A stretch of DNA of 64,000 nucleotides from NCBI GenBank assembly GCA_918797485.1, contig CAKKNE010000001.1, forward strand, positions 372,001-436,000. The letters are read 5' to 3'. Positions 53,996 through 64,000 of the stretch are shown piece after piece. The translations under genes were made by a program, and so were the position numbers. Below the pieces are notes generated by a model that searched no databases, was not told where the DNA came from, and saw only the letters and a program-made list of their open reading frames with translations. The DNA is from Pelagomonas calceolata. Taxonomy: Eukaryota. The number at the start of each line of letters is the position of its first letter. Position 1 is the stretch's first letter.

Positions 53996-54421
53996 ATGCG
54001 CGTGCTCGCCCTCGTACCGTTAGCTGCAGCGTTCGCGCCGCCGCCGGCCGCCCCGCGGCCCGCGCGACAAATCCTCCGCGCCGAGCCCTTGACGCAGGAG
54101 CAGCGGAACGTCGTCGAGACCTTTAGGGAGGGCATGGAGCGCCACCCCACCATGGTCAAGAGCGTCGCCGCGCGGACGAAGGAGCTCCTGGAAGATGAAA
54201 GAGACAACTTGGACGACGACTCGCTGCCGGCGAAGTTCGACCGGTTCTTCAACGGGCTCGTGAGGCACCCCGCGATGCTCTGGGGCACGTTCCTGCGCGT
54301 CGCCGAGCTCATGGAGGAAGAATTAATTGAGGCCGGCGACGCCGAGTCCGCCGCGAAGGCGGACACGATCCGCCAGGTGCGGATCGCCGCGGAGGCCGTC
54401 AAGGGCTCGAGGGAGCTCTGA
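53996..54421 (+). CDS. Small hypothetical protein, probably plastid-targeted
   Basis: Signal peptide ending AAAF-APP (ASAFAP-like). Confidence 0.7.
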   Translation: MRVLALVPLAAAFAPPPAAPRPARQILRAEPLTQEQRNVVETFREGMERHPTMVKSVAARTKELLEDERDNLDDDSLPAKFDRFFNGLVRHPAMLWGTFLRVAELMEEELIEAGDAESAAKADTIRQVRIAAEAVKGSREL

Positions 54422-54557
54422 CGACTCCCTGGTCGGGGCCCGGGAGGCTAATTTCCCCTTTACTTGTAGATTCGGATTAGTCGCGTCGGGGGCGTGGCGC
54501 CGCAGCGCACAGGAATACCCTAGAGAGAATGGTTAAAATCACAAGAGAATACACAAA

Positions 54558-56570
54558 CTACACGCGCCGAAGCGGCGGCGCCTCGGGCGACTCGACGCGC
54601 GAGGGCCGCCGGAGCGACGACGCCCGCGGCGCGTCGAGCGCGTCGCGGAGCCGCGCCAGAGCCTCGGCGCCCGCGACCAGACGCAGCGCCCGCACGGCGC
54701 GGTCCCGCAGCGCCGCCGCGGCGGGCCGCGCCGCCGCGTCGCCGCGCCACGCGCTCTCCACTAACTTCGTCGCGCTCGACCCCACACCCTCAAGGGACGG
54801 CCGCTCGCCGCGCTGCACGGCCGCGAAGATGTCGAAGTTGCCGTATGCCGCGGGCCAGGGCCGGTCGTCGCCCGCGTGGACGCACCGCAGCACGACGCCC
54901 GCCGCGTAGACGTCTACCCTTTCGTCGTGCGCTGCCGCCGCAATCAACTCGGGCGCGAGATAGTCCGCCGTGCCCACGACGTTTTCCCGGACGCGATCCG
55001 GCGCGCCGTAGACCTGCCGCTTCAGGGTCTTGGCCGTCTCCCGCCGTAAGCTGGCCAGGACGTCTTTGACGTCGTCCGCGTCGTCGTCGGACTCGTCCTC
55101 CGAATCGTCGTCCAGCCCGCCGCTCGTCGGCCGCCTCACCGACTCGCCAAAGTCGCTCAGCTTGACCGTGCCGCAGTCCGCCACTAAAAAGTTCTCGAGC
55201 TTGACGTCGCGGTGCCAGACGCCCTTGGCGTGGGCATATGCAATACCGCTCAGCACGTCGATTGTACAACGCCACTGAGCCTCCGCGGTCCACGTCTTAT
55301 CACTGATACGGTCGCGGATCTCCACTGATAAATCATGGTCGCAGAACTCGTAGACGGCGCACACCGCCGGCGGCCTGACACATAAGCCGTGCAGGTACAC
55401 GACGTTCCGGTGCCTTAACCCAGCCACGATGCCGATCTCGCGCCCGATCTTCTCGACGTCCTCGTCACACAACTCCACGGGTCTAAAGGCCTTGACCGCG
55501 ACGTCCTGGTCCCGATACGACCCGCGGAAGACCGTCGCCGACGCGCCCGCGCCGAGGACGGCGCCCTCGACGACCTTGAGCCGGTCCGAATTTATCAAAG
55601 ACTTCTTGCGCGAGGCCTCCTCGACGATCGACTGCAGCTTCGTCGAGGCGACGTTAAGATTCATTTCCGCGCGCGGCCGCAGCGCGAGGTCCCGGCTCCT
55701 CCTAAAACTCGTCCAGGTCCCGAGACTCAGCGTCCACTTCGCGGGCAGCCGCCGCTCCGTCGTCGCGCGGCCGAGCTCCGAATCTCTATTATGCTTCCCG
55801 AGGCCGCGCCAGTACTTCGTGTCCGCCACCAAAGTCTTCCGCGCGGCGACGGGGATCAGCGCCGTGAGGAGGAGCTCCGCGACGGCGACGGCGACGGCGG
55901 CGGCGCCGCACGCGGGGGCCTCGCGCGGCGCGTCGACGAGCCGGAGACCCAAGCTCAGTGCGAACCCAAACGCTAAAACAGCGTGCAGCACGAACGCCGC
56001 GCGGTGCGTCCGCGACCGCAGGCGCACGCGCGACGGCACGCGGCCCGTCAGAATCAATAAAGAGGCCGCGAGGGGCGCGAGGCCGCCGGCCACGACGAGG
56101 ACGGCGCTCGCCGCAACTCTCGAAGATTCCGTCGAACTAAAGTACCGCCCGGCCCAGGGCCCGAGCTGAATAACGAGCGCCAGCAGCGGGAGCGCGACGG
56201 CTCTCCGGAAGGCGCGCACGGTCACGGCGTCCTGCGCGACGACCGCCGGGACGAGGGCGGCGTCGGCGACGCCAACTAATGCCGCGGCGTCGGCCCAGGC
56301 CCAGGCGCCCCACGCACCGATCGCATGGCACGCGATAAGCGAAGCGGCCGCGGCCGTCGCCGCGGCCGCCGCAAAGGCGAGGACGTAGCACTTGCCCACG
56401 AGCAGCGGCCGCCACGCCGGCAGGATGGTGTGGCGCGCGCGCTTCGAGTCGCCCGAGAGCTGCTCGGACGCGTACGAGCGCGTCGCCCGCGAGACGGCGA
56501 CGAAGCCGGCGAGCTGGAGCCAGAAGGCGGCGACGCTCGTGAGCACGAGGAGCAGCGTGACGGGATTCAT
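54558..56570 (-). CDS. Multi-pass membrane domain fused to TKL protein kinase
   Basis: ~7 hydrophobic helices, ADTKYWRGLGKHN linker, GAGASA, VAVK, HRDVKLEN, DFG, APE. Confidence 0.85.
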   Translation of the reverse strand: MNPVTLLLVLTSVAAFWLQLAGFVAVSRATRSYASEQLSGDSKRARHTILPAWRPLLVGKCYVLAFAAAAATAAAASLIACHAIGAWGAWAWADAAALVGVADAALVPAVVAQDAVTVRAFRRAVALPLLALVIQLGPWAGRYFSSTESSRVAASAVLVVAGGLAPLAASLLILTGRVPSRVRLRSRTHRAAFVLHAVLAFGFALSLGLRLVDAPREAPACGAAAVAVAVAELLLTALIPVAARKTLVADTKYWRGLGKHNRDSELGRATTERRLPAKWTLSLGTWTSFRRSRDLALRPRAEMNLNVASTKLQSIVEEASRKKSLINSDRLKVVEGAVLGAGASATVFRGSYRDQDVAVKAFRPVELCDEDVEKIGREIGIVAGLRHRNVVYLHGLCVRPPAVCAVYEFCDHDLSVEIRDRISDKTWTAEAQWRCTIDVLSGIAYAHAKGVWHRDVKLENFLVADCGTVKLSDFGESVRRPTSGGLDDDSEDESDDDADDVKDVLASLRRETAKTLKRQVYGAPDRVRENVVGTADYLAPELIAAAAHDERVDVYAAGVVLRCVHAGDDRPWPAAYGNFDIFAAVQRGERPSLEGVGSSATKLVESAWRGDAAARPAAAALRDRAVRALRLVAGAEALARLRDALDAPRASSLRRPSRVESPEAPPLRRV

Positions 56571-56765
56571 TTTACTTGGTTACAGTGTTTCGCTGCTGTT
56601 CCCATTTTGCACAGTGCCATTCAGTGGCAGTTTTTCAGCAGTTACGCGGGCGCACGTGTTGAAACCAGCTCGGTGCTGTTATGACTGATCTGAAAGGAGT
56701 AGAAACTGCGCGAAGCAGACTGTTAGGAGCTCGCTGCCCGTGTCCAATACGCGCAAAGTTAAAAT

Positions 56766-56789
56766 GCTAGCGGCCTGTAAGACACTAGC
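56766..56789 (+). promoter_or_regulatory. Bipartite upstream motif copy
   Basis: GCTAGCGGCCT-GTAAGACACTAGC, ~200 bp upstream of the TM-kinase ATG. Confidence 0.55.
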
Positions 56790-56920
56790 AAAAAAACCGC
56801 GCGACGCGTAACCGCGCGTACTCGTTATCACAGCAAATAATAATGGAGGAGAAACGTCACCGGCAGGCATGTGACTAGAGGTATAATTATTACAGCACAA
56901 CGACGCCGCCGCCGCCGCCG

Positions 56921-57373
56921 CTATCGCAGCCGCGTGAAGAACTGGTGCCGCGCGTTCGCGTTCGTGCCCGTCGTGTGGAAGCTCTCAAACAACTCCGTGA
57001 CGTGCTCCGTGAAGAGCCGGCAGCGGATGGGCATCTCGAGGTCGTGGAACGGATTCTTGAGGACGTAGTCGCTGTAGAGCTCGTAGACCATGCGCAGGAC
57101 CGGCTCCAGCACTTGGGTGCCGCGCTCGGCCGTGAGGACGAATTTAATACCTGTTATCGTCTCGAGGCAGCGCAGCGCGAAACTGCTGGTTTCGAGGGCG
57201 ACGATGCCCGACGACCGGCCCGGTGGGATGGACCGAGCGATTTCGTGCAGGCTGTGGAACGTCGAGCCTATCCTTAACCAGTCGTTCGAATCGAGCTGGG
57301 CCGCTTGGGGCGACAGGTCCTGGTTGTAAACGAGGCCACCGGACTTGTTGATGATCATGAGCTGGAGGTACAT
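56921..57373 (-). CDS. TRAPPC4: TRAPP complex subunit 4 (Trs23/sybindin)
   Basis: IINKSGGLVY, STFHSLH, TGIKF, YELYSDYVLKNPF..MPIRC. Confidence 0.95.
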   Translation of the reverse strand: MYLQLMIINKSGGLVYNQDLSPQAAQLDSNDWLRIGSTFHSLHEIARSIPPGRSSGIVALETSSFALRCLETITGIKFVLTAERGTQVLEPVLRMVYELYSDYVLKNPFHDLEMPIRCRLFTEHVTELFESFHTTGTNANARHQFFTRLR

Positions 57374-57628
57374 TTTTATTTTTAGCGCTGCGGCGGCTTG
57401 CTTACGTGATGACCAGACCAAGGCTTGCGCGGCTGGCGGTACACGGCTTGCTTTCGCCGCGGCGGCAGGGAGGCGCCCAGCAGCTCTCAGCAGCTCTATG
57501 TGGTGCTGCGGAGTCGGCGGACGAGAGTGCTAGGCTGACCGCTTGACGGATGCGATAGCTGTCAAGGAACTATCGCTGCAGCGCAGGCAATGCAGTCGTA
57601 TAACCTCTGCCGCGCATAAGCATAATCA

Positions 57629-57651
57629 GCTAGCGGCTTGTAACACACTAG
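57629..57651 (+). promoter_or_regulatory. Bipartite upstream motif copy
   Basis: GCTAGCGGCTT-GTAACACACTAG between divergent TRAPPC4 and IQ genes. Confidence 0.5.
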
Positions 57652-57905
57652 AAAGCACGAGAAACCAACACGACAAAACAAGGATCTTCCCGACGCCTGG
57701 AGCCATAGGTCTCGGGGTGCAGCACTGGCTTTTGTCGATGCCGGCGCCCCGACAAGTTGCGTTGTGCCACAGCGCCAAAGCACCACGGCGCCCTGCCGTC
57801 GTTAGCAGACCGCAGTACCGGTAGGTTTGCTCGCGCGGTTCGCGCCAAGAGACCGCCGCGCTGCCGAAAAGGCTGCCCAAAACAAGCGGCGAGGCACACC
57901 ACACG

Positions 57906-60536
57906 ATGGAGCCCCAAGAAGGCAGCGACGACGACGCGCGGCGCAGCCAGGAGGCCGCCCGCGACGACTCCGCGGCAACGATGCTGCAAGGCTCGGTGCG
58001 ACGACGCAACGCCAAGCAAGAGCTGTCGCAGAGACGCCAGGTTCGGGACGACGGCGCAGCCACGATGCTCCAGGGCTCGGTGCGGCGCCGCAACGCGAAG
58101 CAAGAGCTGTCGCAGAGACGCCAGGTTCGGGACGACGGCGCGGCGACGATGCTGCAAGGCTCGGTGCGGCGACGCAACGCCAAACAAGAACTCTCGCAGA
58201 GACGCCAGGTTCGGGACGACGGCGCGGCCACGATGCTCCAGGGCTCGGTACGACGCCGCAACGCGAAGCAAGAGCTGTCGCAACGGCGCCAACGCCGCGA
58301 CGATGGCGCGGCGACCATGCTCCAGGGCTCGGTGCGGCGCCGCAACGCCAAGCAGGAGCTGTCGCAGAGACGCCAGGTCCGCGACGACGGCGCGGCCACG
58401 ATGCTCCAGGGCTCGGTGCGGCGCCGCAACGCGAAGCAAGAGCTGTCGCAGAGACGCCAGGTTCGGGACGACGGCGCGGCGACGATGCTGCAAGGCTCGG
58501 TGCGGCGACGCAACGCCAAACAAGAACTCTCGCAGAGACGCCAGGTTCGGGACGACGGGGCAGCCACCATGCTCCAGGGTTCGGTACGACGACGCAACGC
58601 GAAGCAGGAGCTGTCGCAACGGCGCCAAGCGCGGGACGACGGCGCGGCCACGATGCTCCAGGGCTCGGTACGACGCCGCAACGCGAAGCAGGAGGTTCAG
58701 CAGCGGCGCAAGGTCCGCGACGACGGCGCGGCGACGATGCTCCAGGGCGCGGTACGACGACGCAACTCCAAGGAAGAGCTGTCGCAACGGCGCCAAGCGC
58801 GCGAAGACGAGGCCGACGACGCGGCCCTCCGAGCGGCCTTCGGCTCGCCCCTCTACCGCATCGACCGCCACGGCGACGATGTCGTGAAGACGGCCCTGGA
58901 CGACATGAGGAAGACGCTGCCGCGCGCGACGGCGCACTTGGACAGAGGGCAGCTCGCGTCGCCCACCGTGCGCGAGCCGAGCGCCGACTACGTGGCCAAC
59001 GCGCGGAGCGCCGCGGCCAAGGAACAGTATATAGCGTCGCGCACGCGGCCGCCGCCGCCGCGACAGACAAAACCTTCGCCGTACGGCGCGCCTATACTAG
59101 GCCCGGCCGGGCCCGTACGGCGCCGCTGGCGCGCCCAGGCCGCAAAAACGACAATACAAGGAGAGCGCCTCGAGACGCTGCTGCCCTACGCGACGCCGCA
59201 GATCCGGCGGCGCCAGCGACCGGCGTCGGCGCGGCCCGCGGGCGCTGGTGTAAAAGCGGCCCAGGCCAGGAAAAGGCCGGGGTCCGTGGCCGCGACGCGC
59301 AAAATGGTGGTGGACCAGGTCGAAAGTAAGGCGCGGTCGACCTTTCGGGGACGGGCCCTCGCGCCGCCGAAGGAGGCGGCGCCGAAGCCCACGCCCTTCG
59401 GGGCCCTCAAAGCTTTATCCGGCGAGCTCGGCGTGCCGAAGCGCGACCGGGACCAGATTACGACGATAGTCAAGGCACAGATCCTGCGGGGCCGCGCGCC
59501 GACCGCGGATAGAATATTGGAGGCGCACGCGGATTTGCTAAGAAGGCACCGCGCCGACGCCATCGCCGCGATCAAGGCCTGCAAGGCGCGCGAGGCGATC
59601 GTCCAAGGGGCGTTGGAAGCCGCCGCGGACTGCGACGGCGACCAGGTGAGCGCCGTCGCGCCGTTCGCGGCGAAATTGGAAGATGCGACGCGCGCCGTCG
59701 AGCTCAGTATAAGGGAGTGGCGGCGGCGCCTCGCGCGGCCGGCGCCCTTCCGCTACCGCGGGTGTTTATACGGCGAGGTCGTGGCGCACGAGCGCGTTGT
59801 GTTCGACAAGGCCGCCAATGCGACGGACGACGCCCAGGATGAGGTGGTGAGGTGGCTCCTGCGCCGCGACGCCGCGGGCGGGCCGGCGGAGGAGGAGGAC
59901 GAGGGTTTTGTGGAGCCGGCCTGGGATTTGCTCGAGCGCGCGATGGCCGGTGATATTATAGACGCCGGCGACGAGCGGCGCCTGCGCGCGACTTATGAAG
60001 CGGAGCGCGCCCTCTTCGCGGAGCGGGGCGAGGCGCCGCCGCCGCTGCTGAAAGGCTGGGGCGCCGCCGCGGCCGACGCGACGCTCGCGCCGCTCCTCCA
60101 GCCCGTGGAGCTCTCGGCGCCGGCGCCGGCGCCGCGGTCCGTGCGGCGAAAGAAGAAGAAGAAGCGTAGGGACGTCATGCTGCGCCGCGACTGCGACGCG
60201 CTTGTGCCTCGGGAGTACCGCATATGGCAGATCGAGCACATCGAGGCGCTCCGGAGGAACCGCGACGACCCCGCCTCGCCAATGAAGCGCGCCGCGGCGC
60301 CCGCGACCATCGCCCACATCGAGGCGCTCCGGGCGGCCGAGGACCCCACGTCGCCGCTTCGGCGCGCCGCGGCGCCCGCGGCCACGCCGGTGGCGCCGAG
60401 AGGTTTTGGGGAGCGCTTCAGCCGCGGCCGGCGCCTCGTGTTCGGCGCCGACGACGAGGCTGTTAACTCGCCGGCGCCGCCGCCGGAAGCGCCTGTGCCG
60501 CCTGTAACGGCAACGGTGGGCTTTTTGCCTGCGTAA
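57906..60536 (+). CDS. IQ-like repeat protein
   Basis: Ten 28-aa repeats AATMLQGSVRRRNAK (IQ-like) then unique region. Confidence 0.8.
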   Translation: MEPQEGSDDDARRSQEAARDDSAATMLQGSVRRRNAKQELSQRRQVRDDGAATMLQGSVRRRNAKQELSQRRQVRDDGAATMLQGSVRRRNAKQELSQRRQVRDDGAATMLQGSVRRRNAKQELSQRRQRRDDGAATMLQGSVRRRNAKQELSQRRQVRDDGAATMLQGSVRRRNAKQELSQRRQVRDDGAATMLQGSVRRRNAKQELSQRRQVRDDGAATMLQGSVRRRNAKQELSQRRQARDDGAATMLQGSVRRRNAKQEVQQRRKVRDDGAATMLQGAVRRRNSKEELSQRRQAREDEADDAALRAAFGSPLYRIDRHGDDVVKTALDDMRKTLPRATAHLDRGQLASPTVREPSADYVANARSAAAKEQYIASRTRPPPPRQTKPSPYGAPILGPAGPVRRRWRAQAAKTTIQGERLETLLPYATPQIRRRQRPASARPAGAGVKAAQARKRPGSVAATRKMVVDQVESKARSTFRGRALAPPKEAAPKPTPFGALKALSGELGVPKRDRDQITTIVKAQILRGRAPTADRILEAHADLLRRHRADAIAAIKACKAREAIVQGALEAAADCDGDQVSAVAPFAAKLEDATRAVELSIREWRRRLARPAPFRYRGCLYGEVVAHERVVFDKAANATDDAQDEVVRWLLRRDAAGGPAEEEDEGFVEPAWDLLERAMAGDIIDAGDERRLRATYEAERALFAERGEAPPPLLKGWGAAAADATLAPLLQPVELSAPAPAPRSVRRKKKKKRRDVMLRRDCDALVPREYRIWQIEHIEALRRNRDDPASPMKRAAAPATIAHIEALRAAEDPTSPLRRAAAPAATPVAPRGFGERFSRGRRLVFGADDEAVNSPAPPPEAPVPPVTATVGFLPA
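57963..58802 (+). repeat. Coding tandem repeat, 10 x 84 bp
   Basis: GACGACGGCGCGGC.ACGATGCT.CA.GGCTCGG recurs every 84 bp. Confidence 0.95.
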
Positions 60537-60818
60537 GAATGTTTGATTATTTTCTTCCCTTGGACTCGTCGATCCCTGAAATGACCCGAATCAATCCCTT
60601 AGAAGTCCGGTCGACGTTTTCGCGCGGCGCAATATACCCGCACACAAGCAAGATTTGAGACGATGGGAGAGCGGCGGCCCGATCACTGGTGATTGTGAGG
60701 CTGCTCGCATCCAGCACGGATCATCTGTAAGGGCTGTCCTTTTGCAGCAGGGGACAAAAGTGAGAGAGGCGCACGACCGGGAGAGGCCGCTAGGCGACCT
60801 CCAGGTCGAGGGGCTGCT

Positions 60819-61364
60819 ATGCAAAACGACAGCGAAGACGAGGACCATGGGTCCTGGGCCGAATCACTGGCCGCTATCGTGAACTGTGGCATCAGCACCG
60901 CATTTGCGGACGGGACGGAGAGCGGCAGTCGACCACCGCCCGTGCCGCCGCCAGCGGAGGACGAGCCCTCGTCGATGGTCGACAACCTCCTGCGGTGCGG
61001 CGGCAGCGAGGCCGGCCAGACCTACGACGAGGTCGTGACGAGCCCCCAGAAGCCGACCGACCCGGCGATTCCCGTCGAGGCGCTCTACGACGAGATCCTG
61101 AGCCTGCGGGAGCAGGTCGCGCGCATGGAGGCCGGCGGCGCGTTCGCACTGCAGGACGAATTGGATCGACTGCGGCGGCGCCTGGATACGGCTGACGGCG
61201 ACCTCGGCGCGCCGCTGCCGCCACCGGAGGATGCGCCGCTCGAGTACGAAGAGATCGGCGGCCGCGACAGTGCGCCCACCTTGAGCGCCGCGGACCGTGA
61301 ATCCGCGGCGGCGCGCCTCTCGCGCGGCGGGCCGCGGCAACGGCCCCCGCGCGAAGAGACCTAA
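60819..61364 (+). CDS. Hypothetical coiled-coil protein
   Basis: 181-aa ATG ORF with host-like codon usage. Confidence 0.6.
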   Translation: MQNDSEDEDHGSWAESLAAIVNCGISTAFADGTESGSRPPPVPPPAEDEPSSMVDNLLRCGGSEAGQTYDEVVTSPQKPTDPAIPVEALYDEILSLREQVARMEAGGAFALQDELDRLRRRLDTADGDLGAPLPPPEDAPLEYEEIGGRDSAPTLSAADRESAAARLSRGGPRQRPPREET

Positions 61365-61417
61365 TTGTTGTGAGTCCTTATGAGTCATGGGGGCAAGGGG
61401 AATTCTTCTTCGGGGTG

Positions 61418-62897
61418 CTAGGCCACGAGGACCCTCGGCGCGCGCCCGCGCGTCGCGCCGCGCGACGGGTCCGGCACGGACCGCTCGTCGCGCCCCGGCC
61501 TCTGGACCGGCTCGGTCCAGGTGAGGCCCTGTTTTCGTGCGCGGCGCTGCCGCCGCTTGACCTCCTCGGGGAAGACGACGTCGGTGACGCGCTCCGCGGC
61601 GTTGAACTTGCGCTGGCACTCCTCGCTGAGTTTATCGCCTCGTCGCCGCCGGTCCTCGAGCTCCTGCGCGTGGCGGTCGCGGCGCCGCCGCCGCTCCCGG
61701 ACCCCTAGCTTGACGAAATGGCGGTAGAATTCCGACCCCTCGATGGTGCCGTTGCCGTCGTCGTCGTAGGTGCCCACCTGTGCGGAAATCAACGCCGTCG
61801 AGCAGATGCAGTTACAAATTTCCACACGGGATGCCCACGATGGCCGCGAGTCTGGGAGGATCCAATGTAACCCTAAAGTTCCTTTGCAGTGCCGTCGCAA
61901 GCTGGGCCGGCGTCATCGGCGCGCCGTCAAAGACCTGGTCGCGGATCATGCGCGAGTGGACGGAACCCATATCTAAATCCGCGGCCGCGTTCGCGAGGAG
62001 CTGCTCGGCCTCCCGCAAATCGCGCTCCGTGAACGTCGGCGTGACCGTCGCCGGCGTTACGGTACTAAACCGCGTCATCCAGTCCGCTCGCGCCGCGCGC
62101 TGCTGCCGCGCTTGGGCCTTCTCGCGCCGCCGCGCCTCGCGCTGGCTCCGCAAATGTTCGACGGCCCCGAACTTCCAGAACTCGCGCAGAAACTCAGAGC
62201 CATCGATGGTCCCGTTCCCGTCGTAGTCCATCCAGCGCATGGTAGCTCCCAGCTCCTCGGCCGTCAGCTTGACGTTGAAGCACTGCGTCAAAAACGTGTT
62301 TAGTCTGGATGCCGTCATCACCTCGCTATTCAACGCTCGAGAATAGCCACCATCCGCACTATCCCCGTTGAACATGACGGCCGCCCGCCCCAACTTCCCC
62401 ATGGCCGTCACGAAGGGCTCGTAGTGCACCAAGGTATGACGCTGCTGCAGCGACTTTTTTGTGGTGCCCGCGACGCCCGTGTAGTGCGTCATTAATCTAG
62501 CTGAAGCCTTGAGCTGCTTCTTCTGTTCGGCCGTCAGCTCGATCTTCGGGACGGTCTTCTCCTCTTCGTCTGATAGAGGTCCTTCGTCTTCTTCAAAGAC
62601 CGTGGACCGCATGCACGAGAGGCCGCGCGAGATCGACCGGCTTTCCAATTTCAAATCCATCTTCTCCAGCTCGGTCTTGAGCCAGTTCTCATCAGACCAC
62701 TGGTCGCCGGGCTGGACGATGGGCCGGTTGTCCATCTTGGGCGGCACCGGGCGCGGGAGCGAGCCGGCGAGGCGCCGCGTGTTGACGGTGACCTCGTCGC
62801 CTCCATCGTTGTCCGGGTAGCAGATGCGCAGGAGGTCCTCGGCCTTGTAGTTGTTGCGCTGCGGCGCCCTGTCCTTCTTCTCGCGCTTGCGGCCCAT
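61418..62897 (-). CDS. EF-hand protein; intron 61778-61838
   Basis: DYDGNGTIDGSEF and DDDGNGTIEGSEF loops; splice joins LAAI|VGTYDDDG. Confidence 0.85.
61778..61829 (-). mobile_element. Miniature introner element
   Basis: TIR CTGTGCGGAAAT / ATTTCCACACGG; flanking G(G/A)TGCCCAC duplication at 61769-61777 and 61830-61838. Confidence 0.75.
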
Positions 62898-63230
62898 GGT
62901 TTACTGCCGTTCCTTGCTCTGTGGCTCAACCGGACGTGCGCAGCCCTTTTCTTCTCCGGGGCTGCCTCGGGCACCGCTTCTGTCACCGTGCGAGGCTGCC
63001 TTCGTTTCCGTCGACTCGGCACCGCCACGCCTCGGCGTTTTTGCCGTGACGCTCTCTCACAGCGCCAGGCCGTTTTGTGGCTCGCTATCCTCGCCAGCAA
63101 GTGGACCCATCAAGAGCGCCGACGCTACTCCTCGTCCCCTCGGCGGGAGCCATACAGGCGTAGGGCTGCTCCTACTAGTCACACCCGGCTCCAGATGGCC
63201 GTGACCGCTGCGCCAAGAAGACAGGTAAAC

Positions 63231-64000
63231 CTAAATAGACTTTAACCACGCCAGGTAATCCGCGTTCGCCTCGTCGGGGACGTCGTCGTGCGGCACGTGG
63301 CCCGCGTCGACGAGCGTCAGACTGACGCGCCCCTCGGCGGCGAGGCCCTGGAAGTAGCGCCCGCCCGTCCCGTCGAGGGGCGTGATCTGGTCGTTCCGCC
63401 CCCAGAGGCAGTGGATCGGGCACGTCACGGCGCCCATGACCTCGTCGGGCCGCGGGCCCGGGTCGCCCGACAGTATCTCCACGAACACGTCCAGCGCCGC
63501 GGGATCCTCGGCCGGCTCCAGCGTCGAATCGACAATGACCGCGTCGGCGCGCTCGCTGTTCGTATAGACCTGCTTGAGGACCGCCTCCACATTTTCTCTC
63601 GCGCGCACGCTGTCGAAGAGCGACCGCGCGAGCGGCTTGATGCCGAGCAGGAAGTCCAGCACCGCGAAGAAGACGGCCCCGACGGCCCGCGACGGCTCCG
63701 ACACCGCGGGGTCCGTCACCGCGAACTTCGAATTCATCCCGCCGGCGCAGTTATTCAGGATCAGGCCCTTGACCAACTCCGGTCGTTTGGCGGCGACGTC
63801 GAGGGAGACCAGCGACCCGATCGAGTTGCCGACCAGGATCGCCGGCTTCCCGCCCGCGTTCGCCTCGAGGAAGGCCGCGGCCTGTTGGCGCCAGCGGCCG
63901 ATGGAGTAGGGCCCCGGCGCCTTCTCCGAGAGTCCGAGACCGAGTAGATCCAGCCGGTGACACCTATATCCGGCCTGCGCCAGCGCCGGCGCGTTGTCTC
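63231..64000 (-). CDS. Alpha/beta hydrolase (pheophytinase-like family); 5'-partial
   Basis: DLLGLG.SEK, LVGNSIG nucleophile elbow, LNNCAGG, WGRND, AGHVPHDD. Confidence 0.88.
   Translation of the reverse strand, partial: DNAPALAQAGYRCHRLDLLGLGLSEKAPGPYSIGRWRQQAAAFLEANAGGKPAILVGNSIGSLVSLDVAAKRPELVKGLILNNCAGGMNSKFAVTDPAVSEPSRAVGAVFFAVLDFLLGIKPLARSLFDSVRARENVEAVLKQVYTNSERADAVIVDSTLEPAEDPAALDVFVEILSGDPGPRPDEVMGAVTCPIHCLWGRNDQITPLDGTGGRYFQGLAAEGRVSLTLVDAGHVPHDDVPDEANADYLAWLKSI

Noticed and set aside
57626..59329. Long antisense and alternate-frame ORFs over the IQ repeat
   Set aside because: Shadows of a GC-rich stop-poor coding repeat
1..64000. tRNA, rRNA, telomeric repeats, viral hallmark or transposase genes
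   Set aside because: None recognisable by eye

Overview
GC-rich, very gene-dense eukaryotic nuclear DNA, most consistent with a pelagophyte stramenopile alga (Pelagomonas/Aureococcus-like). This is inferred from an LHC/FCP gene with a signal peptide, near-intronless compact genes and introner-type introns. About 37 protein-coding genes are present, mostly housekeeping (OTU, TRM5, HemW, PLRG1, KBP, GCP2, TRAPPC4, DGAT2, MFS/MATE transporters, etc.). The standout is a tandem pair of probably N-myristoylated proteins at 36.5-41.4 kb. Each couples a divergent RelA/SpoT-type (alarmone synthetase-like) domain to a shared, recently duplicated TPR module whose differences concentrate on ligand-facing residues; one also carries SAM and an intact protein kinase. 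This is a candidate polymorphic sensor-effector (immune-like) system. Other structure: introner elements at several stages of decay (TIR + ~8-bp TSD creating GT-AG introns), an exact 100-bp tandem array abutting a truncated EML-like WD40 gene, a recurrent bipartite upstream motif (GCTAGCG-Nx-GTAAGACACTAG), a probable actinobacterial-like HGT gene with an internal duplication, a ~1.5-kb lower-GC island with degenerate ~290-bp repeats, and several single-base frameshifts that may be assembly errors. All family assignments come from motif recognition by eye; no searches were run.
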